Part shown: positions 1 through 8,527 of the stretch, in pieces | Position numbering within the stretch: position 1 is the stretch's first letter | Layout: every line of letters starts with the position of its first letter | DNA from: Thecamonas trahens ATCC 50062 | Lineage: Eukaryota > Protista > Apusomonadida | Assembly (NCBI RefSeq): GCF_000142905.1 | Contig: NW_013657670.1 | Location: 397,498 to 461,497 of the forward strand | Length of the DNA: 64,000 nucleotides | Direction of reading: 5' to 3' | Translations under genes and position numbers: made by a program | The notes under the pieces: model-generated | The model's database searches: none | Told to the model about the DNA's origin: nothing | What the model saw: only the letters and a program-made list of their open reading frames with translations

Positions 1-639
1 ATCGCCAACGATCCCCAGCTCGCCAACGGATTCAACCTCCTCGGCTTCTCTCAGGGCGGCCAGTTGCTGCGTGGGGTTGTCGAGCGGTGTGCCCACAAGC
101 TCCCGCCCATGCATAACCTCATCACCTACGGCGGTCAGCACCAGGGCGTGTCCGAGATTCCCAACTGCGAACCGACGTCGGAGCTGTGCCAGAACGCCGC
201 TAAGCTTGCCGGCATGGGAGTCTACCTCCCGTGGATCCGCGATCACATTGTGCAGGCACAGTACTTTCTCGATCCGTTTGACTACGACGCCTACCTCAAG
301 TACAACCAGTACATGGCCGACATCAACAACCAACGCGCCGAGAAGAACCCGCTGTACAAAGCAAACTTGCTGACGCTCAACAAGCTCATCCTCGTCCGCT
401 TCAACAACGACACCATTGTCATCCCGCGCGCATCGGAGCACTTTGGCCGCTATGCCCTCGGCACCATGGACCGCATCGTGCCCATGACCGAGACTCCGCT
501 GTACCAGGAGGACTGGATCGGCTTGCAGGAGCTCAACAACTCGTCGCGCCTTCTCCTCCTCGACACTCCCGGCGAGCACATGCAGATCGACATCGATGAC
601 TTTGTCAACAACGTTGTCAAGCCATATCTCGACAACTAG
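1..639 (+). CDS. PPT1: Palmitoyl-protein thioesterase 1 (5'-truncated by window edge)
   Basis: Frame is open from base 1: IANDPQLANGFNLLGFSQGGQLLRGVVERC (GxSxG nucleophile elbow), NLITYGGQHQGV, YKANLLTLNKLILVRFNNDTIVIP (catalytic Asp region), LYQEDWIGL and GEHMQ (catalytic His), all typical of PPT1. Confidence 0.95.
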   Translation: MANDPQLANGFNLLGFSQGGQLLRGVVERCAHKLPPMHNLITYGGQHQGVSEIPNCEPTSELCQNAAKLAGMGVYLPWIRDHIVQAQYFLDPFDYDAYLKYNQYMADINNQRAEKNPLYKANLLTLNKLILVRFNNDTIVIPRASEHFGRYALGTMDRIVPMTETPLYQEDWIGLQELNNSSRLLLLDTPGEHMQIDIDDFVNNVVKPYLDN

Positions 640-803
640 TCCTTCTACTGACCTCCCACCTCCTGCCTCGCCGTGCTTTGCCCAGCCCGTGCGTGTGTAA
701 CACACAGTGCTTTTTCGCCCTCCACAGCCAGCCAGCCCGCCGGCGACGAGCGGCGAAGCGGCGGTCACCCGACTCTACTTTGCGACAGGCAGGCCAGACC
801 AGG

Positions 804-1085
804 ATGTCCGAGTCATCTGAGGTGGAAGAGTACGGTGCCTGGGCGGCACCCGACGCCGACTACACCACCGACGACGAGGGTTATGTCCCACCTGCCGCTG
901 CCTTTGCCGCTCCGCCTGCACCCGTCGTCGTCTACCAGCCCATGCCCTCGGTGGTGGATGCCGCCTCCGCCGGAGACGCCCCGCCTGCCGCCCACGAGAG
1001 CGACGCCCTGCTACCCAACGGCGGGACAAAGGCACAGAAACAGTACAAGGAGGGCTGCTGTGCATCATGCTGCGTCGTCATGTAG
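804..1085 (+). CDS. Small (93 aa) acidic/Pro-rich protein with Cys cluster and CaaX box (CCASCCVVM)
   Basis: ATG at 804 within ORF 678..1085. Coding-like codon usage, an acidic dileucine motif ESDALL, and C-terminus KQYKEGCCASCCVVM*. Confidence 0.7.
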   Translation: MSESSEVEEYGAWAAPDADYTTDDEGYVPPAAAFAAPPAPVVVYQPMPSVVDAASAGDAPPAAHESDALLPNGGTKAQKQYKEGCCASCCVVM

Positions 1086-1501
1086 TCGTCGACAGTGTGG
1101 TTCCCACCCCCGCAACCCCCCGCCACCACCCCCCGCCAGGCACGTGCCCGGCCACCGCCACCACCGCCACCACCATCACCACGGCTACCACCATCACTAT
1201 CACCACCCATCTTCATACATCGCCACCGTCTTCAAACCTCGCCGCGGTCAATCGCTCTCTCGCGTGCCCTTGGCCCGCCGCAGCTCCGGCATCTCGCACC
1301 ATGCGTGTGCTCGTGTGTGACGCCGACTCGTGCCCCTCCCTCCCTTCCCCCCCTCCCCCTCCCCCCCTCCCCGTGATGAGTAAGACACACTGATGGAGTT
1401 CTCCATCTGCCCATCCCACATCCCACCATCGCCCATCCCCTCTCCCATCACCCGGCTGCCAGCCCCGCCGACCGGCCACGACACCACCATCATCACAACA
1501 G

Positions 1502-1687
1502 AGGGCAGCTTCGCCAGAGTCGGACGATGACGAGCCTGTCGTTACTTCCATCTATGATGTGGCTCCGCATGAGACTGATGAGCCGAGGCCGGTCCTCCCC
1601 TTGTGGGCACATCTCGCGGAGCTGACCATCGTCTCGGCTACCGCCGCCGGCCTCGTCTACATCGCCTGGATGGACTGGGACTTGTGA
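1502..1687 (+). CDS. Probable terminal exon of a small tail-anchored protein (upstream exon unresolved)
   Basis: After a C-rich tract ending in CAG (1499-1501) the frame reads RAASPESDDDEPVVTSIYDVAPHETDEPRPVLPLWAHLAELTIVSATAAGLVYIAWMDWDL*. Absent from the ORF track (its only in-frame starts give fragments too short to be listed). Confidence 0.4.
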   Translation, partial: RAASPESDDDEPVVTSIYDVAPHETDEPRPVLPLWAHLAELTIVSATAAGLVYIAWMDWDL

Positions 1688-2011
1688 GGCCGGGCAAGCG
1701 TCTGATCATGTGCTATACTATGCTGTTAGCTCATGGGTTGCTTGCCATCCCGCCGCGGCATTATTGCGGGCTGCGGCCGGCCTTGGTCGCTCGGATCGAG
1801 TGTTGCTGATCAGTTGTGTCACCTCGCACCAAGCCACTGTTGGCGACAGCTAATCTCACACCCACGCAGCCATTGTGCACGCACTCTACACGTCCTACTC
1901 GTGTAGGAAGCTAGCGGCACATGATGGGCGTCCGCCTGACGGCACAGTGTTAAATCTCTCCTCACTCGCCACAGTCTCAGGTTACACGTGTTTACGAGGT
2001 GCACATGGCAA

Positions 2012-5000
2012 TCACTGCTGGTTGCATCCCTCCTCGGCGCCCTCACCGGCGGCAGCGGTGGTGGTGACGGACCGAGCCGACGCAGTGGCGCCGAGCTGGC
2101 CCAGCCGCGACTTGGACTTGGTCTGCTTGGTCACCCGCGTGGCGCCGCCGGTCGACCCGACCCGGCGGATCTTCTCGCGCGTGCGGACCGGGCCGACCCC
2201 GGCGCCGATCCGCCGCTGCCGGGTTGCCGGCGCAGAGACCTCGGTTCCAGCCGCAAGGCCAAGGGTCTCCGACTTGGACAGCGGTGTATCAGTTCCGCGG
2301 GTCGGGGTGTTAGAGATGTCGCGGAGGGCGGCGCCCTTGGACGCCTTGGCCGCACCAGCCGGCGAGCCGGTTGTTGGCCCCGAAGCCTGCCGGAGCTGGG
2401 CCATCTCCTCCCGAACCAGGTTGAGCTCGTTGGTCAGCTTGGTATTGGCCAGCTGAAGCTGGTGGACATGCGACTCGGTGGTCCGCAGCTTGGACGTCTC
2501 GCTCATCTTCTCCATCGCCTTGGTCTGGATCTCCTCGCGGAGCTTGGCCACCTCCGAGTTGAGCTGCATGATCTCGTCCTGGAGCGCCGACGTCAGCGCG
2601 TCGTCGTCCATGCCCAGCGACATCCGCCGGAGCCGGCCAGAATTGCCGAACGACCGCGCCTCGTCGCGCTGCCGCTTGTTCATCTGCTCGATCTGGAGGA
2701 GCAGCGACTTGTTCTCAGACTCGGCCTGCGTGAGCGCCACCTCCAGCTTGTGCAAGTGGTTGACTTCGGCCGGCTGCGCGTTGAGCGCGTTCTCCAGCTC
2801 AGCGGTGATGGCCTCCACCTGCTCCTCCTTCTCAGCCAGCAGGTTCTCCAGGCTCGACTTTTCGAGCTGGAGCTCGTTAACTGCCCGCATTGACTCGGCC
2901 ATCGACGCGTGCGCCGACTCGAGTGCCTGCTTCCGGTCGGTCAGCGTTGTCTCGAGATCACTCACCTTTTGCAGCAGCTTGTTGTTCGCCTCTTCGGACG
3001 CAATCACACTCTCAATCTGTGACTCCACCTCGGCCACCACCTCGGCGAGCTGAGCATCGCGCTCGGCCAGCTCGGCCTTCAGCGCCGAAATCTGCTCCTC
3101 GCTCTCGGGCGAGATTGCCAGCGGCACGGTTGTAACCTCGCTTGCGACAGCGCTCTTCACCTGCGCGAGCTCGGCCTCCAGCGCCGCGTTGCTCGCCGTG
3201 AGCTCGGCAACAAGCTCCGACTTGCCGGAGTTGGCCTTCAGCTCGGCAATCTGCGCCTCGAGCTCGGCCTCGCGGGTCATGGCATTGGTCATCATCTCCT
3301 CGGCCTGCTCCAGCGACGCCTTGTGCTCCTCGAGCGAGAATGACATCTCAGTCATCTCGGACACGACCGACGCATGCGTCGCCTGCAGCTCCGCAAGCTC
3401 GGCTTCCAGCTGACGAGTCCGCTCGTCGGCAGCCATCGAGCTCTGCTCGGCCTCCTCGGCCGCCGCCGCCGCCGACTCGAGCTCGAGCACCGCCTGCTTG
3501 GCCTCAAACGCCATGTGCCGCTTCTCGCGCACTTCGGCCTTGAGCTCATCAATTTGTGCCCGCAGCGAGTCAAGCGTCGGCGCCTGGCCCTCCATGGCCT
3601 CGGTCGCCTCGGCCACCTTGGCAGTCGCCTCGGCCGCCTCCTCAGCTGCGGCCTGAGCCGCCACCATGGCCTCGTCGGCCTTGGCCTCGGCGGCCTCTAG
3701 CGCCGTCTCGAGCTCTGTCACCCGCATGTTGGCTGCTGCAAGCTGGCGCGCCTGCATCGTCGCTGTCGCCTCAACCTCCTTCAACTCGGCGGCAACCTCG
3801 TTAAGCTTGGCTGCTTTGCTCGCTGCGAGCGCCTCGGCAGAGGCCTTGGCACTCTGCTCGGCCGCGAGCTCAGCAGCCACTGCTGCAGCCTCCTTCCGCG
3901 CGCCAGCTGCCGCCTCCTTGAGCTCATCGGCCTTGGCCTTGGCTGCGTTGGCGTCAGCAATTGCGGCGGCGGCCGCGGCCTCGGCCTTGGTTGCCGTCTT
4001 CTTGAGAGCCGCGACCTCCTTCTCGAGATTGGTCACCGACATCGACGACGACTTGGACGCCGTCGCCGACCGGGTCACCTGCTCGTTCGCCTTCTCCAGC
4101 GCCGTCGTCGCCGCTGCTAGCTCAGCTTCCAGACTCTTGACAGCCTTGGCCTTGGCCTGGGCCTCGCTCTCGGCCGCAGACCGCTGGGCGCGCGTCTCCT
4201 TGAGCTTGTCCTCCAGCGTGGCCAGCTTGGCCTTGGTCTTGTCGAGGTCCTTGCGAAGCGACATCTCGCGCCGCTGCGCCGAGCCGTCGTCCGACTTGCT
4301 GGCCTTGAGTTCCTTCTTGAGTGCGGCAAGCTCGTTGAGCGCGTTAGCCAGCCGCTTGTTGAGTGCATCAGTAGCCCTGGCAGCCTCATCCTTGGCCTCA
4401 AGGTGCGCCACATGGCCAGCATTAACCTCAAGCTGCAGGCTCGACGCGCTCGCCTTGGCCTCCTTAGCCTCGCGCTCGGCCTCGGTAGCCTTGACAAGTG
4501 CGTCGGCAAGCTGGGTCTGAACCTCGGCCAGCTCGGCGGCGACGCCTTCGTGGTTCTTGGATGCCACGTCCGCGGACGCCCGAACCGCAATGAGCTCTTG
4601 CTGGAGCTCACTGTGGGTCTCTGTCAGCTCGGCAAGCTCGGCCTGAGCCTGCGAGGCATCGGCCGCTGCAGCCTCAAGCTGGCTACCAAGCTCCTCAGCA
4701 GCCTCGCGCGCAGCCTCAGCCGCCGCATCGAGCTCCTGAGTCTCAGTAGTGAGCGCTGCCACAAGCTCGTCCGCGTGGGCAATGGTCTCTTCCTGGCTCG
4801 CCACCTTGGTCTCCAGCTCGGCAATCTTGGCCGTCAGCGTTGCGTTGTCGTCGAGGGCAGCTCGGAGGTCTGAGGCAAAGGTCTCAGCAAAGTCAGACAT
4901 GTTCTCGAGATCGCCGACAAGCGTCCCCACCTCCTCCTCGAGCGCCGAGTTGTAAGTCCGAAGCTCGGCGAGATCGCGGAGGTACGCCTCGTTACGGTCG

Positions 5001-6481
5001 GCGGTGGTGAGAGCCTGCGCCTGCGGAAGCTTGAGCGGCGAGAAGAATGCCGCAGCGGCAGCCGACGGGCACCAGGTCTCGCGCCGGGAAGCACGAGCAG
5101 GAGTGTTGACGGCCAAAGCCGCCAACGCAGGTGCTGAAAGTGTCGACTCATCGGCATCGGCCTGCTCCTCAACGGCACGCGTCGGAGTCGCCGGCGCGTT
5201 GCCACCAAACACCACCAGCTTGGACAGGGCATCAACCTTGGAGCGGAGCTTTTTGGCGTTTGCCTGCTCCTCGGCGAGAGCCTCGGCCAGCGAGGCCTTT
5301 TCGGCAAGCACGTTCGGAAGCGATCCAGCGTCGCGCTCTTCAAGAGCCGCACGAAGGGCCTTGATCTCGGCCTCGCGCTTGCGGAGCTTTGCGGCGTCGT
5401 CAAGGACCTCATTGAGGATGGGCTTGTTCTTGATTCGCTTGGCCGACGCGGCAAAGTTGAGCGTCGAGACGGTCTCTGACTCGTGGACATTGGCCGGGGT
5501 GATGTTGCAGATGATGGCGGTCCGCGAGTTGCCGCCGAGCGACGGCTGAAGAATGCGAGTGAGCTTGGAGTTTCGGTACGGAATATGCGACTCGCCGCGA
5601 GAGAGCTTGTGAATGACTGTGCCGAGGTTGAGGAGCGAGGTGTTGATGTGGCCTCCCTCCTTGAGCTGGACCTTGTTGGCGCCGGTCTTGCGGGCGCGCT
5701 CCGATCCAGCCAGATCGACGAGGTTGAGCGACGAGACGCGCATGACAGCGCCTGCGCCGTCAGCCGACGTAGCGTTGGGATCGTCAGCCGCCCACGACTT
5801 GATGACAACCTTGAAGACAGCGTGCGAGCGTGACGACTCGTGGTTCATCTGGGTCGACGAGAAGTGGCGGTGAGCCTCACCCTTGCGCATAACCTCAAGC
5901 ACCTGGTCAGCCGACGTGGCGATTTCCTGGGTCAGGCCTTTGACAAAGATGCCGTGCTCGATGTCCTGGCGGACACGGAGGTTCTTGCCGGCGTGGTTGA
6001 GAAGGTCCTGGATGACCTCGTTGTAGATCTCGAGGTATGAGACCGAGATGGTCCACACCCGCTCAGGGTGATTCGACACGTACTGGAAGACGTCAGCAAT
6101 GGCAGCCGGGATGATACCGGGTGTTTCGTCAGAGCCAGTCATGGTGTACGTCTTTCCGGACGACGTCTGACCGTAGGCGAAGATGGTGCCATTGATGCCC
6201 TCCATGGCCGACTTGACAATCGGCGCGGCCATGGTGTTGTACACCTCGACCGTCGGCGTCTCCATGCCAAACACGTTGTCAAAGGTAAACACCATTGGCG
6301 ACGGCGTGTCGGCGCTCTGGATCGTAGTCTCGTTGAGATGCCAAGCCACCTCGGCCCCGTCCTTCACCTCGCGCGCGTTGAGCGGGCGGACCCGGATCGA
6401 CACGCTGATCGCCTGCGCCTCGCCGGCCACGGGCCCGGCGCCCTCGGTAGACGACCGCTTGCGAGTCCTGCGCGATGCCAT
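2012..6481 (-). CDS. CENPE: Kinesin-7 / CENP-E-like centromeric motor
   Basis: N-terminal motor with IRVRP, P-loop GQTSSGKT, SSRSH, DLAGSE and HIPYRNSKLTRILQPSLGGN. CENP-E-type RRETWCP follows the neck, then about 1000 aa of coiled coil and C-terminal CNQQ. Likely start MASRRTRKR at 6481, because the longer ORF overlaps the neighbouring gene. Confidence 0.9.
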   Translation of the reverse strand: MASRRTRKRSSTEGAGPVAGEAQAISVSIRVRPLNAREVKDGAEVAWHLNETTIQSADTPSPMVFTFDNVFGMETPTVEVYNTMAAPIVKSAMEGINGTIFAYGQTSSGKTYTMTGSDETPGIIPAAIADVFQYVSNHPERVWTISVSYLEIYNEVIQDLLNHAGKNLRVRQDIEHGIFVKGLTQEIATSADQVLEVMRKGEAHRHFSSTQMNHESSRSHAVFKVVIKSWAADDPNATSADGAGAVMRVSSLNLVDLAGSERARKTGANKVQLKEGGHINTSLLNLGTVIHKLSRGESHIPYRNSKLTRILQPSLGGNSRTAIICNITPANVHESETVSTLNFAASAKRIKNKPILNEVLDDAAKLRKREAEIKALRAALEERDAGSLPNVLAEKASLAEALAEEQANAKKLRSKVDALSKLVVFGGNAPATPTRAVEEQADADESTLSAPALAALAVNTPARASRRETWCPSAAAAAFFSPLKLPQAQALTTADRNEAYLRDLAELRTYNSALEEEVGTLVGDLENMSDFAETFASDLRAALDDNATLTAKIAELETKVASQEETIAHADELVAALTTETQELDAAAEAAREAAEELGSQLEAAAADASQAQAELAELTETHSELQQELIAVRASADVASKNHEGVAAELAEVQTQLADALVKATEAEREAKEAKASASSLQLEVNAGHVAHLEAKDEAARATDALNKRLANALNELAALKKELKASKSDDGSAQRREMSLRKDLDKTKAKLATLEDKLKETRAQRSAAESEAQAKAKAVKSLEAELAAATTALEKANEQVTRSATASKSSSMSVTNLEKEVAALKKTATKAEAAAAAAIADANAAKAKADELKEAAAGARKEAAAVAAELAAEQSAKASAEALAASKAAKLNEVAAELKEVEATATMQARQLAAANMRVTELETALEAAEAKADEAMVAAQAAAEEAAEATAKVAEATEAMEGQAPTLDSLRAQIDELKAEVREKRHMAFEAKQAVLELESAAAAAEEAEQSSMAADERTRQLEAELAELQATHASVVSEMTEMSFSLEEHKASLEQAEEMMTNAMTREAELEAQIAELKANSGKSELVAELTASNAALEAELAQVKSAVASEVTTVPLAISPESEEQISALKAELAERDAQLAEVVAEVESQIESVIASEEANNKLLQKVSDLETTLTDRKQALESAHASMAESMRAVNELQLEKSSLENLLAEKEEQVEAITAELENALNAQPAEVNHLHKLEVALTQAESENKSLLLQIEQMNKRQRDEARSFGNSGRLRRMSLGMDDDALTSALQDEIMQLNSEVAKLREEIQTKAMEKMSETSKLRTTESHVHQLQLANTKLTNELNLVREEMAQLRQASGPTTGSPAGAAKASKGAALRDISNTPTRGTDTPLSKSETLGLAAGTEVSAPATRQRRIGAGVGPVRTREKIRRVGSTGGATRVTKQTKSKSRLGQLGATASARSVTTTAAAGEGAEEGCNQQ

Positions 6482-6635
6482 GCTGCTTGCTCTACTTTCT
6501 AAGCTATAACCTCGCTCGCTACCGTCTGCTGGTGTCGAGTGCTGAGAGAGAGCAGTGTGCAGAAGCGAGTTCCTCTGCGCCTGGCTGCGTTTGGCGCGCT
6601 CCTCGGAAAAGTTGAAAATTTTGGAACGACGGCAG

Positions 6636-8054
6636 TCACTTGGATGAAAAGCCGGTCCACGGCAGCGACGCGGTGTCACTTCCGACGACAGCGACGATGC
6701 CCGTCGGCGTGAGGCCAACGGTGCGAGTGAACGTGGTTGGCGCGCCGGGCCTGTTGAGAGAAAGAAGCGACGCTGATCCAAGCACCTTGTGCGAGCTTCC
6801 GTCGATGAGGCCAAGCGAGTAGGTGGCGAGCTCGCCTTCCGCAAAGTCGACAAATGAGAGCACATACGACTTGCCCCAGCGTGCGATCGCGACTGCAGGG
6901 CGAAAGGCTTGCGCTGAGCACTCTTCCTCCGACGCACTGCCTGTCCACATTAACGCGTCCGAGTCCCATACTGGGATCAGGTTCTCATCGCTCAGCTTGT
7001 ATCCGCGGAGTAGCGCCGAGCACGAGCTGTTACCGTTTGTCGGAATGAAGTGAGTTGGCGAGAGCTCCATCACTATCGTTGCGTCATCCGACCACGGCGC
7101 GAGCGACGAGAAGGCAGTGACGCCCGCCTCGAGCGGCGGCGAGCGGGCCATCACTTGTCCGGACGCCGTGTTGATGGCCAGAATCTGAAACGTAAGGTCG
7201 GTTGTGTTCGGCAGCAGAACACCAGTGCTCACCACCAGCATCGACGGCTGCGGCAGACCGCCGATAGTAATCTCGGGCGGGCTTTGCACAAGCAGTGGTA
7301 GCGGCGTTGCCCAACGAATGCTGCCGGTTGCCGCCGCCAACGCCAGGATCGATGCCATCGGCGAGGCCGGCCCCGCTGCTGCCACAGATGGCGACACGCA
7401 CGAGAACGCCACTGTCTCCGCATCGAGGGCAACCGCCTGGAGCGGCAGGCAACCGGCAGCGGCAAAGTCGGCTTGGTTGAGCGCCCATACCTTGGCACCG
7501 GTTTGCGCATCGAGCGCACTCGCACCAGCGAGTGTGATCACCACTCGAGCCCCGCCACTGATGGGCTCGGCGTATCCGTAGAACCCGTAGGTCTCGAGCG
7601 CAACATGCCATGCCACAACCTGCGCGAGAGGATCGAGAGCCACAACATAGGCCGTCGGCCCGGGATTGTAGCCTGCGCACTGGAACATGACCATAGCGCG
7701 AACAGCCGTAGCACCGGAACCGACCAAACCGACGTATTGGGCAGACCAGGCGAGCGAGGGGCAGTTGCTAGCCGTCGCATCTGGCAGCACACCAGCCATT
7801 GACACGTTCCCGATCACAGCACCGGTGCACGCGTCCATCACCGCTACCCACCACACGTTGTCAGCTCTAGGCGTCGGCACGATGACTCGCTCACCGCCCA
7901 CACCCACGTTAAACTGGATAGGCCCCGCCGTCCATGTCTTGCACTCGCTCGATGTGGCGGCGGAGACCGGCCGTGGCGCAAGAACCAGTGCCAGGGCCAG
8001 GACCAGGGCCAGGGGTAGGGCCAGACTCGGGGCTGCATCACGTGCTAAAGCCAT
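6636..8054 (-). CDS. Secreted protein with PQQ/BamB-like beta-propeller repeats
   Basis: Signal peptide MALARDAAPSLALPLALVLALALVLAPRPVSA. Repeated ALDxxTGxxxW blades (VMDACTG, VALDPLAQVVAW, ALDAQTGAKVW, ALAAATGSIRW, AINTASGQVM). Confidence 0.7.
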   Translation of the reverse strand: MALARDAAPSLALPLALVLALALVLAPRPVSAATSSECKTWTAGPIQFNVGVGGERVIVPTPRADNVWWVAVMDACTGAVIGNVSMAGVLPDATASNCPSLAWSAQYVGLVGSGATAVRAMVMFQCAGYNPGPTAYVVALDPLAQVVAWHVALETYGFYGYAEPISGGARVVITLAGASALDAQTGAKVWALNQADFAAAGCLPLQAVALDAETVAFSCVSPSVAAAGPASPMASILALAAATGSIRWATPLPLLVQSPPEITIGGLPQPSMLVVSTGVLLPNTTDLTFQILAINTASGQVMARSPPLEAGVTAFSSLAPWSDDATIVMELSPTHFIPTNGNSSCSALLRGYKLSDENLIPVWDSDALMWTGSASEEECSAQAFRPAVAIARWGKSYVLSFVDFAEGELATYSLGLIDGSSHKVLGSASLLSLNRPGAPTTFTRTVGLTPTGIVAVVGSDTASLPWTGFSSK

Positions 8055-8527
8055 TCCTCCACACACCCGCCTGTCAACGCGAGGACGAGTGACGGTGCCT
8101 TACAGGTGTTTCCACTCGGGCGCGTGCGCCGCGTGTGCACGGCTGCAGCAAGCTGCGCGTCGCGGTGCGCGCGGTGGAAGCTCTGAGCATCACTGGAACA
8201 TCCTTACCACCATCAGCAGCCTGCGTTTGTACCATAGCATTGGTATGTAGTCCTGTAGTCTCGACTCGCACATCTCTGCGAGCCCCCTAGTCTGATATGG
8301 TGAGGAACAGTCGAACCATGGTCTCGGTCACTCGATGTCGCAGCGGCGCATGCGTGTCGTCGCCATCCTTGGCTACAGCCACCATTCCCTCCCCTCCCGC
8401 CGCCATGGCCTCTCCCGTGTCCCCAAGCTACGACGACTACACCCCACTCCCGAAGCTACTCTTGGCGGGTAAGACTGGGTTCTGCTCGGGTGAGGTCAAG
8501 GCGTTGCATTGCTTGCCGCTGGTGGTC

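Noticed and set aside
1391-1393. In-frame TGA as possible selenocysteine or read-through
   Set aside because: Flanks are low-complexity, with no redox motif or recognisable SECIS. An intron is the simpler explanation.
6482-6937. N-terminal extension of the kinesin ORF
   Set aside because: Overlaps the adjacent secreted-protein CDS in another frame and looks non-coding.
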